Positions 20,815 through 31,792 of a stretch of 64,000 nucleotides of DNA are shown in pieces (position 1 is the stretch's first letter; each line of letters starts with the position of its first letter). The DNA is from Myxococcales bacterium (GTDB lineage: Bacteria > UBA10199 > 2-02-FULL-44-16 > JAAZCA01): assembly GCA_012513515.1 (NCBI GenBank), contig JAAZCA010000036.1, positions 9,045 to 73,044 on the forward strand, in the 5' to 3' direction. The position numbers and the translations under genes are program-made. Below the pieces are notes generated by a model. The model saw only the letters and a list, made by a program, of their open reading frames with translations, had not been told where the DNA came from and did no database searches.

Positions 20815-21558
20815 TCAATGTTCCTCCATCCTTTGGATGAGTTCTAAAAAATCATCTGCAAGAGGGGATTCATAGCTCTCCAAAAGAAGTGATTTCGGAT
20901 GTATTATGGCTACCCTGAAGGAGTGCAGCAGATGCCTCCTAGGCTTTAGCGTGTCGAGATCTTTCAGCGAACTGTTCATGTACAGGTCGTCCCCTGAAAT
21001 GGGGTGGCCGATGCTGGCCATGTGAGCTCTTATCTGATGTCGCACCCCGGTCTTTATCGAAATTTCGCATAGAGTATAACTGGTGTTTTTTAGTTTGAAA
21101 TTTCTCAGAGGTTTTACGGTAGTCGTTGCAGCCCTAGCCGCGAATTTTTCGGCCTCAGATTTAGAATTGCATACCAGCATCTTCTTTTTTTTGCGCGGAT
21201 GGTGAGCGATTGGCTTGTTTAAAAGAATCTCATCTTCGATCGTTCCTATGCACAGCGCCAGATATACTTTGTCAAAATTTTCTGCGGCGGTGACATTCCT
21301 TCGCAGCATTTTGAGAGTGGCAGTATTCCTCGCCGCTATGATGAGCCCTGAAGTTTCGTTGTCGAGCCTTTGGATGAGTCCCGCCTCGAGTTTTCCCTGC
21401 GGCAGATCGGCTTGGGAGGGAAAATTGTCTAATATCCATGATGCCAGTGTCCCTTTTTCACCTGATTTCAGTGACACTGAGGGCATTCCGGGGGGCTTCG
21501 ATATTACGATGATGAAGGCGTCATTATGAATTATCGACGGTTCGAGGATTTTTTTCAT
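20815..21558 (-). CDS. RluA-family RNA pseudouridine synthase
   Basis: KPPGM, QRLDNETSG, TGVRHQIRAH, GHPISGDDLY. Confidence 0.9.
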   Translation of the reverse strand: MKKILEPSIIHNDAFIIVISKPPGMPSVSLKSGEKGTLASWILDNFPSQADLPQGKLEAGLIQRLDNETSGLIIAARNTATLKMLRRNVTAAENFDKVYLALCIGTIEDEILLNKPIAHHPRKKKKMLVCNSKSEAEKFAARAATTTVKPLRNFKLKNTSYTLCEISIKTGVRHQIRAHMASIGHPISGDDLYMNSSLKDLDTLKPRRHLLHSFRVAIIHPKSLLLESYESPLADDFLELIQRMEEH

Positions 21559-21639
21559 CTGGGGATGGCGTCCTTTTTGTCACACGGGAATGAGAGGCAT
21601 TTCAACTAATCGATAATCCTTATAGAATTATTTCGAGAG

Positions 21640-22929
21640 CTAAGGTGTAAGTCTGTTGAGTAGCCTCGGGAAGGGGATGGTTTCGCGGATATGATGTGTG
21701 CCACATATCCATCCGACGAGACGCTCCAGCCCGTATCCGAATCCTGAATGTGGAACGCTTCCGAATTTGCGCAGGTCGAGATACCATTCGAATGCCTTCA
21801 CCGGTAGGCCGTGTTCTTTGATTCTAGAAAGAAGCACTTCGTATTCATCTTCGCGCTGCGAGCCACCGATAATTTCTCCAAACCCTTCCGGGGCGAGCAT
21901 GTCGGCGCAAAGGGCTAGATGTGGCTCGTTTGGATCGCGCTTCATGTAGAAGGCTTTTACCTCAGCCGGGTATTTTTCTATGAAGATAGGACGATCCATA
22001 TCCTTGGTAAGAAGCGTTTCGTCATCCCCTCCCAGATCATCATTTTCTTTGATGTCGCTTCCCATAGAGCGCAGTTTTTTAACTGCGTCGGCGTGCGTCA
22101 TCCTGTGAAAAGGGAGTTGAACCGATTCGAGCTTTGAGATGTCGCGTTCCAAAATGGCGAGCTCCTCTCGGCGATTCTCAAGGCATCTTTTGACGATGTG
22201 ATATACGAGCTGTTCCTGAATCTCGAGGTTGTTTTTATGATCGCAGAATGCCATTTCGGCGTCCATCATCCAGAATTCGGTGAGATGCCTTCTGGTTTTA
22301 CTCTTCTCCGCCCTGAAAACTGGTCCGAAGTCGAAAACCCTGCCGAGGCTCATGATCGCCGCCTCTAGATACAGCTGTCCGGATTGCGACAGATACGCCT
22401 TGCCGAGGTCGAAATATTTGACTTCGAAAAGTGTAGTGGTCCCTTCGCAGGCCGCAGGAGTTAGGATAGGCGAGTCGATCTTCGTGAAGCCGTTGTTAGC
22501 GAACCATTCATAGGTTCCGTTTATTACCTCGTTCCTGACCTTCTGAATCGCCCACTGTTTTTTGGAACGTAGCCACAGGTGTCGCACGTCGAGAAGAAAA
22601 TCGGGGCCGTGTTCCTTTTTTCCGATGGGATACTCGGGAGCTATCTGCACGATTTCGATGTCAGAGATATGAAGCTCATATTCATCCTTTTTGGGATGCT
22701 TCGAAACTTTTCCGGTGATTATGGCGGAGCTCTCAAGGGTCAGATTGCGTGCGTCGTTCCAGGTTTTTTCCGAGACATCTGGGTGATGAACTATCCCCTG
22801 TACGAAACCGGATCCGTCGCGGATCTGCAAAAATGTAATTTTGCCTGAGCTCCTCAGATTATAGATCCAACCCTTGATGGTGACTGTACTGTCTATGTAT
22901 CTTGAAATATCGCTGATGAAAATATCCAT
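21640..22929 (-). CDS. asnS: Asparagine--tRNA ligase
   Basis: OB-fold, [47 protein letters not shown]. Confidence 0.95.
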   Translation of the reverse strand: MDIFISDISRYIDSTVTIKGWIYNLRSSGKITFLQIRDGSGFVQGIVHHPDVSEKTWNDARNLTLESSAIITGKVSKHPKKDEYELHISDIEIVQIAPEYPIGKKEHGPDFLLDVRHLWLRSKKQWAIQKVRNEVINGTYEWFANNGFTKIDSPILTPAACEGTTTLFEVKYFDLGKAYLSQSGQLYLEAAIMSLGRVFDFGPVFRAEKSKTRRHLTEFWMMDAEMAFCDHKNNLEIQEQLVYHIVKRCLENRREELAILERDISKLESVQLPFHRMTHADAVKKLRSMGSDIKENDDLGGDDETLLTKDMDRPIFIEKYPAEVKAFYMKRDPNEPHLALCADMLAPEGFGEIIGGSQREDEYEVLLSRIKEHGLPVKAFEWYLDLRKFGSVPHSGFGYGLERLVGWICGTHHIRETIPFPRLLNRLTP

Positions 22930-22936
22930 TTTTTCC

Positions 22937-23815
22937 TCACATCATCAGAAGGTTTCTCTCGATAACTTCCTCGATAAAATTTGAAACGCCGTTTTTAAAT
23001 TCACGGTGTCCGTAGTATATGTTCGCTTTGAGAAAGCCGAGAGGATCGCCGGTGTCGAACTGCCTTCCCTCGTATTCGAACGCGACCATCTTCCCCTCTT
23101 TGGCTAGGGTGTTCATGCCGTCAGCCAGCTGAATCTCGTTGTTTTTACCCGGAGGGGTTTTTTCGAGAATCTTGAAAAGTTCGGATGGGAAGAGATATCT
23201 GCCAACGACCGAAAAATCGGACGGGGCATCTTCCGCCTTTGGTTTTTCGACGACTCCACTGGCGTAGTGATAAGCCCCTTCAGATTTCGCTATATCGTAA
23301 ACTCCGTATAGGTGGATCTGGTTTCTAGGAGTGTGTTCGGTAGCGTTCACAGCGCAGCCGGTTTTGACGTATGCGTCGATCAACTGCTTGCAGCAAGGAA
23401 CTTTGCTTTCTATTATGACGTCTGGAAGAATCACGATGAAGGGTTCGTCACCTACGGCTTCCTTAGCACAAAGTATCGCGTGGCCTAGCCCTTTTGGATT
23501 GATCTGCATCGTTGTCGTTATATTCACTTTTGAGAGAAGTGAATATAGCCCTGACAACATAGCCTCTTTACCCGCCTCCGCCAGCTTCCTGTCGTAGGAG
23601 GTCTTTTTGCTGAAAAATTCCTCGATCTGTTTTTTGTCGGGGGATGATACAAGGATGATCTCTTCTACCCCGGATGAGACCGCCTCCTCTACGACGATCT
23701 GAAGCGTGGGTTTGGTTCCTATGGGCAAAAGTTCCTTAGGTACCGATTTCGTGACGGGTAGAAATCTGGTTCCCATTCCGGCCACAGGGATTACGGCCTT
23801 GCGGACTTTGGTCAT
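22937..23815 (-). CDS. galU: UTP--glucose-1-phosphate uridylyltransferase
   Basis: [42 protein letters not shown]. Confidence 0.94.
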   Translation of the reverse strand: MTKVRKAVIPVAGMGTRFLPVTKSVPKELLPIGTKPTLQIVVEEAVSSGVEEIILVSSPDKKQIEEFFSKKTSYDRKLAEAGKEAMLSGLYSLLSKVNITTTMQINPKGLGHAILCAKEAVGDEPFIVILPDVIIESKVPCCKQLIDAYVKTGCAVNATEHTPRNQIHLYGVYDIAKSEGAYHYASGVVEKPKAEDAPSDFSVVGRYLFPSELFKILEKTPPGKNNEIQLADGMNTLAKEGKMVAFEYEGRQFDTGDPLGFLKANIYYGHREFKNGVSNFIEEVIERNLLMM

Positions 23816-23887
23816 AATTCCTCCGGGATTGAATTTACTGCAAACTAGCACAGGTATTTTTGCTGTAAAGCGGTAAATTGACGCCAA

Positions 23888-24676
23888 CTAGCTATCCATG
23901 AGGCACAGCGGGCGGCCGGTTTGAGGATCCTGCATAGTTCTAACCTCGGTTTGAAATGTGGCTGCCAGCCTGTCGGACCTTATGGTTTCTTGCGGAGGTC
24001 CATCGGAGATTATCCGGCCATCGCGCATAAGCAGTATTCTGGAGCAAAGCGCAGATGCGAAATTTATGTCGTGTGCTGCGATGATAACCGTCATGCCGAG
24101 TTGGTCTCTAAGTTTTGCGATCGTTTTTCTCAGTGCAGAAAGATGTCCTATGTCGAGAAATGTGGTCGGCTCGTCCATGATGAGCGCTTTGGGCTGCTGG
24201 GCGATAGCTCTTGCGAGAAAGACGCGTTGGCGTTCACCGCCGGAGAGTTCTGATATATCTCGATTTGCGAGCTCTTCACAGTTGACCATCTTCATGGCAC
24301 CCAGAGCGGTTTCTATATCTAATTTCGATTCGAAACCAGTTGCCGGAATGTGAGGGGCCCTGCCCATTAATACCGTTTCGAGGGCTGTTATCGAATATGC
24401 TATTGAAGGGCTCTGTGCGACAAAGGCTATTTTTTTTGCGCGCTCGCGGCATGTCATTTTGCGATTCGGCTTTCCAAATAGGAGAATTTCACCTGATGAT
24501 GGCTTCCTATTTCCGGCGATAAGCGAAAGCAGTGTGCTCTTCCCAGCTCCGTTAGGGCCGAGGACCCCCAGCAGTTCGCCGGGCGAGACCGCGAAGGAGA
24601 CCGTATCTACTGCCATTCTGTTTCCGTAGCTGAATGATATTTCTCGTATATCGAATGCCGTCGTATTTTCAGGCAT
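23888..24676 (-). CDS. Cobalamin/siderophore ABC transporter ATPase (BtuD-like)
   Basis: GPNGAGKST, LSGGERQR, MDEPT; last gene of the riboswitch operon. Confidence 0.9.
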   Translation of the reverse strand: MPENTTAFDIREISFSYGNRMAVDTVSFAVSPGELLGVLGPNGAGKSTLLSLIAGNRKPSSGEILLFGKPNRKMTCRERAKKIAFVAQSPSIAYSITALETVLMGRAPHIPATGFESKLDIETALGAMKMVNCEELANRDISELSGGERQRVFLARAIAQQPKALIMDEPTTFLDIGHLSALRKTIAKLRDQLGMTVIIAAHDINFASALCSRILLMRDGRIISDGPPQETIRSDRLAATFQTEVRTMQDPQTGRPLCLMDS

Positions 24677-25670
24677 GGCTCTTCCCCATGTTTTTTCTGA
24701 GAAGTATCATGAACAGAGGTGCGCCTATAAGTGCCGTTATTACGCCGACTGGCAGCTCAGTGGCGTAGTCGGAGTTGGAAAGTATCGTTCTTGCGATAGT
24801 ATCTGCCAAAACCAGAAATGCTGCGCCGGCGATTCCGGAGGCCGGGATCAATAGGCGGTTGTCGGCGCCAAGGGTCAGGCGGACTATGTGCGGCACGAAG
24901 AGCCCTACGAAACCTATGAGTCCGGATGCCGCAACGGCCGCCCCAACCATAACCGACGAACATACGAAGACCGCAGCGCGTATCCTGGAAGGATCGACTC
25001 CTACCGATCTCGCCTCGTCGTCTCCGAGCATAAGGATGTTCATTCTTCTTGCGAGAAGGGAAAGGATTATGAGCCCTGGAATTACCAGCGCCGCTGTTAT
25101 CGCTACCAGCCCCAGCCCCATCTCTTCGAGATTTCCTATTAGGAGGAAGAGGATCTGATACGCCTCCTCCATGGTCACCATGGCGTTGATGAAGAGTATC
25201 AGCGCAAAGCAGAAGGCGTTGAAGATCACCCCGGTGAGCATCAGTTCGGTGGAGCGAAAGGAACTTCGCACCCTGGAAAACCACATGATTGCTATCATCG
25301 AGAGCATTGCGCCTAAAAATGCGGCTCCAGAGATCCATGCGAATGGAAGCCTGAAACCCAGTGCGGCGATGCTGCCTAGTGCAGCGCCTCCTGATACTCC
25401 TAGTATGAATGGGTCAGCCAGAGGATTTTTTAGAAGAGTTTGAAATGCTCCACCTGATGAAGCTAGAGCCATCCCGACGATGGCTGCAAGTAGGACCCTC
25501 GGGAGCCTCGCTCCCAACAGTATGTCGCTGCCAGCTCCGCCGAGAAGCGCTTCAAAGATATCTACCGATCCGCTGCCATGCGACAGGCCAAAATAAATCG
25601 CCGCGAGAAGCAGCACAGTAAGGATCGATATCGAAAACAAAAACTTCTTTTTTGTAAGGTACGATTTCAT
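24669..25670 (-). CDS. FecCD/BtuC-family ABC permease
   Basis: RLPR, NPLADPFILGVSGGA, GLIGFVGLFVPH, ELPVG. Confidence 0.92.
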   Translation of the reverse strand: MKSYLTKKKFLFSISILTVLLLAAIYFGLSHGSGSVDIFEALLGGAGSDILLGARLPRVLLAAIVGMALASSGGAFQTLLKNPLADPFILGVSGGAALGSIAALGFRLPFAWISGAAFLGAMLSMIAIMWFSRVRSSFRSTELMLTGVIFNAFCFALILFINAMVTMEEAYQILFLLIGNLEEMGLGLVAITAALVIPGLIILSLLARRMNILMLGDDEARSVGVDPSRIRAAVFVCSSVMVGAAVAASGLIGFVGLFVPHIVRLTLGADNRLLIPASGIAGAAFLVLADTIARTILSNSDYATELPVGVITALIGAPLFMILLRKNMGKSHA

Positions 25671-26506
25671 CTTTCTCCGTGTATAACCCTCGCCAGATTT
25701 TCCAGAGCGTCAGGTAGGCGTGGTCCGGGGCGAAAATCGTCAGCGTTCATTATGTATATCCTGCCGCGCTTGTACGCATCGCAATTTTTTATCTTGCTCC
25801 ACGCCTCTTCCGGGGTGTGCGCCTCGCTTCCCATCGACAGGTCCACTATGAAATCCGGATTCGCTGTTAGTATATCTTCCACCCCTATTCTGGGGTAGGG
25901 CACAGAAGATTTCTTCGCGGCGTTTTCAACTCCTATAGATGAAAGGAGCGTGCCCATATACGAGATATCGCCAGCGGCTATGATGGGCCTTCTTCCCCAT
26001 ATTATGAATCCTTTTTTTTGGGGAGCGCTGCTCCACCTCTTTTTGAGTTCAATAAACTCCTTCTTTATTTGAAGCGCAACTGCATCGGCGGATTTTTTCA
26101 TTCCTATAGTTGCGCCTATTGCCGAGATGGATGAAACGATTTCATCGGGAGTGCTGAATGAAAAAAAACTCGTTTTTATTCCGAGGCTTTCCATTTTTTC
26201 GAATGATCTTCTGCTGGAGTTTTCCTCCGAATTCAGGACGACATCCGGGCGCAGCGCGACTATTTTTTCGATCATAGGGCGGGTGTAGTCACCTACGATC
26301 TGCGGTCTATTTTCCAGAGCTTCCAGTTCGCAGTATTTCGTCGCCCCGACGATCATATCTCCGGCTCCTATCGCGATCAGTGTGTCAGTGATCACCGGCT
26401 TCAGCGATACGATTCGCTTCGGCATCTCGTCGTTCGAAAATAGGTTTTGCGAAGAGAGGGAAGCTATAATCACGAATGTGATTAACACCCCTTCCTTGAT
26501 TTTCAT
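25667..26506 (-). CDS. BtuF-like periplasmic cobalamin-binding protein
   Basis: PKRIVSLKP..TDTL, EKIVALRPDVV, EDILTANPD, RPGPRL. Confidence 0.88.
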   Translation of the reverse strand: MKIKEGVLITFVIIASLSSQNLFSNDEMPKRIVSLKPVITDTLIAIGAGDMIVGATKYCELEALENRPQIVGDYTRPMIEKIVALRPDVVLNSEENSSRRSFEKMESLGIKTSFFSFSTPDEIVSSISAIGATIGMKKSADAVALQIKKEFIELKKRWSSAPQKKGFIIWGRRPIIAAGDISYMGTLLSSIGVENAAKKSSVPYPRIGVEDILTANPDFIVDLSMGSEAHTPEEAWSKIKNCDAYKRGRIYIMNADDFRPGPRLPDALENLARVIHGER

Positions 26507-26507
26507 T

Positions 26508-27845
26508 TCAGTTCATCCCTGAGAGATCAACCTCATATATAGCACCGCCCATCGATGCATCGGTCGCCGTTTGATATAATACTCCGTCAAATATCGTAGC
26601 GGGGCCGGGGTTTGCAGGGAGTTTTGTTTCTACGGTTCCATCCCATCCATCTTCGGCGGTGTTGAAAAAGATTACTTTGCCTGTGCTGCCAAAGAGGCCG
26701 AAATCCGATGCCGCTGCGACATTTCCGAAAATCTGCAGGGATGATATGAAACTTTCAACTTCGCCAAGCTCCAGTTTGAAAATCCTATCTCCGCTTTGTG
26801 CGTCAATCCCCGCCACCGCGTTCGAAGGCTTTTGCAGGCCTACGAGGATGGCTCCATCCTGCGATATTGGCATCTCAGGGCTTATTATTCCTGTGAGAGG
26901 TCTTCTATCGTCAGATGCCATCGTGTGCGATATTTTATCTCCAGAGGGGAATGAAAATATATCAACCGAAAGTTGCGTTTTTTGGTTGGGGTTAAATCCG
27001 TTTGAACAGAGAACAGCCAGCTTGTCTGAATCCATGGGTGCTACAGCGGTCGGGTTGATCCCTCCCGTGTAGTATGCAGTTGATGCGTCATGGACTACCG
27101 CTCCGAAACCATCGTATGGGAAGCAGATCAGAGTCCCTTCGTTGTGAGTGCTCTTTAATGGGTCCATGTCGATATGATCCATATTGGATGTCACGATGCA
27201 AACGTTGTCCTTTATAAGGGCAGCTCCCGAGGGCATGTTGGGTAGAAAAGCGAGAGGCTTTCCATTTTTATCGGCGATATATTCTTTCGAGAAAATGACT
27301 TCATCAGATATCTTTCGACTGACATCGTTTATCAGGACGAATCCATCAGGAGAGGATCTCGTTATAAGGTGATATCCGCCGGAAAGTATCACGTGGTTCG
27401 ATGGGCGACCGTCGAACTCTTCGAACGATTTCCATGGGGAATTAACACCCCCTATCAGCGACCTTTCCTGCAGAGAACCCTTGGTTGTTTCGCAGGTGAC
27501 AAATACCTTCTGTGACTCATCATCTATTCTGATGCTTGCAGGAAAACCGCATGGCAATTCGGAAAACAGATTTGCCATGGGTGGAGTTGGAGCTGCTGGT
27601 TTAGTTATCTCGGTTAATCCGTCTAAATAATCGATGATGTCGCCAAACGATATCTCTTTTGAAACTTCCGAAGTTTCCGCGTGGGTTACCAGTTCGTCTC
27701 TGATTTTGTCTGTCGGGTCCTGATGGTGAGACAGATCCATAGGTCGGTCAACGTCTGTGACAGCATCGACTTCCTTATCGATAACATCGTTTTTTACCGG
27801 GCGCGGTGCTGGTGAACATCCCCAAAGAAAACCTGCTGATAACAT
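26508..27845 (-). CDS. Putative lipoprotein, beta-propeller-like, paralogous to N-terminal domain of the upstream lipoprotein
   Basis: LWGC lipobox-like, AAGGAGG RBS; shares PN(M/F)PSG and NPT motifs with 27858-29771. Confidence 0.65.
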   Translation of the reverse strand: MLSAGFLWGCSPAPRPVKNDVIDKEVDAVTDVDRPMDLSHHQDPTDKIRDELVTHAETSEVSKEISFGDIIDYLDGLTEITKPAAPTPPMANLFSELPCGFPASIRIDDESQKVFVTCETTKGSLQERSLIGGVNSPWKSFEEFDGRPSNHVILSGGYHLITRSSPDGFVLINDVSRKISDEVIFSKEYIADKNGKPLAFLPNMPSGAALIKDNVCIVTSNMDHIDMDPLKSTHNEGTLICFPYDGFGAVVHDASTAYYTGGINPTAVAPMDSDKLAVLCSNGFNPNQKTQLSVDIFSFPSGDKISHTMASDDRRPLTGIISPEMPISQDGAILVGLQKPSNAVAGIDAQSGDRIFKLELGEVESFISSLQIFGNVAAASDFGLFGSTGKVIFFNTAEDGWDGTVETKLPANPGPATIFDGVLYQTATDASMGGAIYEVDLSGMN

Positions 27846-27857
27846 AACTCCTCCTTT

Positions 27858-29771
27858 TTAGTTTTGGATTTCTCCGTTTACGACCGATATGGCGTCGAGA
27901 TCGAAGCCGGCTACCGGTTTTGATCCCGTGCTCTTGCGGTCTTTGATTTTTATGTAACGAGCCCGTGCGACTCCGATTTCCGACAGATCGAATGCATTGC
28001 CTCCCGCGAGGTCAGGATCGAAGGGGCTTATTCCGTTTTTGGAATTTGAATATACCGGCATCGATCCGGCGCATCCATCGTATGGGTAAGCGGATGTGTC
28101 GCATGGGAATGCCTTGAAATTTATTCCGTCTGCGCTGACTTCAACCGATGCCAGTTCAGCGAAGGGGGCGTTTTCATCCCCTCCGATATAGAATGCGTTT
28201 TCAAATATTATGAAATCAGCGCCGGGGCCGTCTACCGCGTGGCAATTGCCGAGGTCCAGCGTGATACTGCCGTTTTTGCCCAGGCTTAAAACATCCAGGC
28301 CTCCTGCGAGCGCGCCATTTCCCTGTGGCGGGCCAAGGACAATATCTGGAAATTTATCCTGCCCAAACCCCGCATCGTATCCGTATTTGACCGATCTGAC
28401 TGCCTGTGCAAATCCCTGACAGGAATCTCCGTCATTTCCTTCCGGGGGGGGCGGAGGGTCGAAGCTTTCGCTATCCCCAGATTGTTCGTTCGGCAGATAT
28501 CTCTTTGCAGGTGCATCGCTATAAACTGCCACGAGCGTCCCCGGATATCCGGTAAGGATGAAGAGATCGGGCCCTTCGTAGTCGATTCCTCTGGTGCCGG
28601 GGCGGACCGCGATCGGGCCTGCTCCGGTGTTTGCACCGGTGGGATTTTCCGTGGTTACTTCGGAGGAATAGCCTACAACTATCGGGTCCTTCACTTCAGG
28701 GTTTGCAATATCGGATATGTCGACCGGATAAACAGCGCTTTTTTCAAAGCTTGCTATGAAGATGTGGCTATTGTCCTGAGAGAGCTTTACATCCGTCATA
28801 TAGTCGCTTTCATCCGTTATCATCAGCGGGTTATTTTTTCCTCTAAGGACGGAGATATTTATGAGGTCTATCTCATAGACTTCTCCAAACGCAGATGACC
28901 CGACAAATGCCAGAGATCCGTCTATGGTCACGGCCGCAGCATGAAATGATGCAGCAACCTGTCCAAGCGGGATGCTTCCGGTTATCTCCATCGTTTCCGG
29001 GTCGGCGATATCTATTACGGAATCGGTTGCAGGAACTGATTCCGCATTTATGATATTGATGACGCCGGAATTTGTTATTATCAATTCTTCTCCATTTCGC
29101 ACCGAGAGCCCCGTTGGGTTAAATGCGCTCGTGACTATTATACCTGCGTCGATCATCGATCCGCCCGACTTAATATCGAACGCTCGAACGATTCCTGGAG
29201 CGGCAACAGCCGGGTTTGTGGTGTTGATGTAATTCGACATGGCTACAAATATCCTGTCGCCGATTCTTGCTATTCCGGATGGAAAATTCGGAGTTATCTT
29301 CTCATCCGACGAAGTTCCGTCCGAGTTTCTATGGTCTTTCCCTATTTCCACATCCGAAAGGAGATTTGTCCTAGAGTGGACTCTTCCGGTTTTAGGGCTG
29401 AAGCGTATCAACGAATTCGAGGTGGTCAAGAACGCATCATCCTGGGATGAAATCAGCAGCTTCGAGGGGATTCCGGATCCATTCGGCGATATCAATCCTT
29501 GAAATTTCGAGGACACCTTCATCGTGTCGGCATTTATATCCACGGCTATTACTCCTGCAGGGGATGATGTGCTCACTATGAACGCGGTCGAATCCATCCC
29601 TTTGATATCCGGTATTACGATGTCGGATGGAAAATCGCTGGATAAAATAAATGATGGCGGCGCGAGAGATTCATCTTCATTTGGAGGAGGCCTGCTCTCT
29701 ATCTCGCTGCTCCCGCAGGCGATCAAAAGCGTAAAAAAGATCACCGGTAAAATTCGAATATTCTTTTTCAT
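27858..29771 (-). CDS. Two-domain lipoprotein: beta-propeller plus C-terminal 'cell-surface' domain
   Basis: LIAC lipobox; YncE-like repeats; Pro-rich linker; SLGKNGSITL..DFIIFENAF..VEVSADG..GFDLDA domain. Confidence 0.75.
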   Translation of the reverse strand: MKKNIRILPVIFFTLLIACGSSEIESRPPPNEDESLAPPSFILSSDFPSDIVIPDIKGMDSTAFIVSTSSPAGVIAVDINADTMKVSSKFQGLISPNGSGIPSKLLISSQDDAFLTTSNSLIRFSPKTGRVHSRTNLLSDVEIGKDHRNSDGTSSDEKITPNFPSGIARIGDRIFVAMSNYINTTNPAVAAPGIVRAFDIKSGGSMIDAGIIVTSAFNPTGLSVRNGEELIITNSGVINIINAESVPATDSVIDIADPETMEITGSIPLGQVAASFHAAAVTIDGSLAFVGSSAFGEVYEIDLINISVLRGKNNPLMITDESDYMTDVKLSQDNSHIFIASFEKSAVYPVDISDIANPEVKDPIVVGYSSEVTTENPTGANTGAGPIAVRPGTRGIDYEGPDLFILTGYPGTLVAVYSDAPAKRYLPNEQSGDSESFDPPPPPEGNDGDSCQGFAQAVRSVKYGYDAGFGQDKFPDIVLGPPQGNGALAGGLDVLSLGKNGSITLDLGNCHAVDGPGADFIIFENAFYIGGDENAPFAELASVEVSADGINFKAFPCDTSAYPYDGCAGSMPVYSNSKNGISPFDPDLAGGNAFDLSEIGVARARYIKIKDRKSTGSKPVAGFDLDAISVVNGEIQN

Positions 29772-29781
29772 TCGATATCTC

Positions 29782-31752
29782 CTATATCCCTGCTCCGAGA
29801 GTTACCCAGTAACTCCTGCGAGGGAGAGGAAATCCCCTTGCATCGTATATCTGCACGTTGGTCACGTCCCTGACCTCGGCGGTAGCAAAGAAATGCTTTG
29901 CGAATTTCACAGTGGTTCCCAGATCTATTGCTGTATGCTGCGAGATCCAAACCGTGTTTGATGTATTGGATGGAAAGGATCCGATGTAGTGCAGCGTGCC
30001 GAAAAGGATCACTGGTTTTATCGTTCCGCGTACGCCTACGTTCAACTTGTGTTCAGGCCTTCCCGGCAATCTAAGCCTTCCTCCGGCGAATTTTGCATCC
30101 ATCCATGAATAGTTTGCTTCCAGGTGAAGCTGCTTAACAGGATCCATGCTGATGCCAACCTCGACGCCATTCGTGATGGCCTTGTTCGTATTGACAGGCT
30201 CGATCGTAGTGGCGGAGATCGGTACGAAGATGATCTGATTCTCGATTCGATTCTGAAAAAAGGAAAATTCGAGGCTCACGTACTTTGGGCCTATTATGAA
30301 TCCGGCATCGAAGTTTAGTGAATGTTCGTCTTTCAGTCGCGGGTTTCCACGCAGATACCCCTGGTCTGGATAGTACAGTTCGGAAAAATTTGGGTATCGG
30401 TATGCGGTCTGGACGTTTGATTTTAGAGTCAGCCATGGCAGCGGTTTCCCCGACAATCCGACGCGCCAGCTCGCCCGAAATTTCCTGGAGGTTGCCTTCT
30501 CCAGACGTATCTGAGGAGATAGTATAAGCCTGTCGCCGAGAAATCCGACCACCTCTTCCAGAAAAAATGTGCCGGTATTCCGGGTATGGCTTCCCATGGT
30601 AGGGGTGGATGGTATCGGCGAGAGATCTTTTGCGTGATCGAATCTGTATTGTCCTCTTGCGGTGGATGCTAAATTTATACTGCGCCACGATGCGATGTGC
30701 ATGACCTGCGCGTGCGCCTCCGGCGTGTAGCTTATGTAGGTCACGTCTATAGGATTTCCTATTGCAGGAGTGGGGTCCTTGAAATGGTCGTCATCGAAGA
30801 AGAATGTCGCGCCGCTTTGAAAGGAGAGCGGATCCATGAAAAATTTTTCAATTTCAAAGAGTACGTTAGATGTGTTTCGAAATATCTCCTGTTTGGCTTC
30901 CAGAGGATTTGTCGGGCTAAGCAGGGTGGTTTCTTCCTCCATCCCGGGAACTTCTCTATTCGTCCAGAAAAAGTCATTTGCTAGCGATATCTTCGTATTT
31001 TCAGAAAGCCTGATCCTTCCTTTGACGAGTACATTTTCGGCTATCGAACGGTTGTTTTCACGAGTCAGCGTCCTTGAAGCGCCGATTCTTCCTCCTGCCA
31101 TGTTTACCGCCGCAGTTTTGAAGGTGAAGTCTCCCGCGGTAGACCTGTGGCTGTGCGCTAGAGTCATATCTCCGTTTTTAAATGGTTCCGACCAGGATTC
31201 GGCGGTCTTGAGAGTTAGGAAGGATCCTCCGGTCAGCTTTACATCGATGGAACGCTTGTCATGTGCTTCTTTGGTGACGATGTTGATCACCCCGCCTATG
31301 GCGTCGGTGCCGAAGCGCGCCGACGTCGCTCCGCGTATAACCTCGATTCGTTCTATGGCATCTAGAGGGATTGTGGAAAAATCCACTGCGCCGAAGGTGG
31401 AAGAGTTGAGCCTGACACCATCGACAAAAACCGCAACCTGCTCCGCTGATGAGCCTCGTATAGATACGGTAGAGAGTTGTCCTTCGCCGCCGAGATTTGT
31501 CACGTCGACTCCGAGAGTTTCAGAGAGGATCTCTGAGGTGGTCTTCGACTGGTCGAAGTATTTGTCAGGTTTTATGATTGTAGCGAATGAGCCGGTGCTT
31601 TCGAGAGATTCGTATTCGTTTCTCCCCTTTATCTGGATTTCGCCGATGTCGGCGCTATCGCTTGCCTTCGAGGGCAGAGGTGCGCACAGGAGAAGGATCA
31701 AAAAAATAAACCTCCTCCGCTGGAGAAGGTTTTGTGTGAAGCGAGGCTTCAT
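29782..31752 (-). CDS. btuB: TonB-dependent receptor, BtuB-like (cobalamin)
   Basis: Plug motifs VSIRGSS, IERIEVIRG, AIGGVINIVT; barrel YRYPNFSELY..GNPRL; downstream of cobalamin riboswitch; RBS GAGGGAG before ATG at 31752. Confidence 0.85.
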   Translation of the reverse strand: MKPRFTQNLLQRRRFIFLILLLCAPLPSKASDSADIGEIQIKGRNEYESLESTGSFATIIKPDKYFDQSKTTSEILSETLGVDVTNLGGEGQLSTVSIRGSSAEQVAVFVDGVRLNSSTFGAVDFSTIPLDAIERIEVIRGATSARFGTDAIGGVINIVTKEAHDKRSIDVKLTGGSFLTLKTAESWSEPFKNGDMTLAHSHRSTAGDFTFKTAAVNMAGGRIGASRTLTRENNRSIAENVLVKGRIRLSENTKISLANDFFWTNREVPGMEEETTLLSPTNPLEAKQEIFRNTSNVLFEIEKFFMDPLSFQSGATFFFDDDHFKDPTPAIGNPIDVTYISYTPEAHAQVMHIASWRSINLASTARGQYRFDHAKDLSPIPSTPTMGSHTRNTGTFFLEEVVGFLGDRLILSPQIRLEKATSRKFRASWRVGLSGKPLPWLTLKSNVQTAYRYPNFSELYYPDQGYLRGNPRLKDEHSLNFDAGFIIGPKYVSLEFSFFQNRIENQIIFVPISATTIEPVNTNKAITNGVEVGISMDPVKQLHLEANYSWMDAKFAGGRLRLPGRPEHKLNVGVRGTIKPVILFGTLHYIGSFPSNTSNTVWISQHTAIDLGTTVKFAKHFFATAEVRDVTNVQIYDARGFPLPRRSYWVTLGAGI

Positions 31753-31792
31753 GCGCTCCCTCTTTCCGCGAAGAGTTGCAGCTTGAAAATGC

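Noticed and set aside
30836-31786. 316-aa antisense ORF (and similar shadow ORFs such as 15658-16416, 43331-43936, 45679-46353)
   Set aside because: They overlap well-supported genes on the opposite strand or frame and have no motifs.
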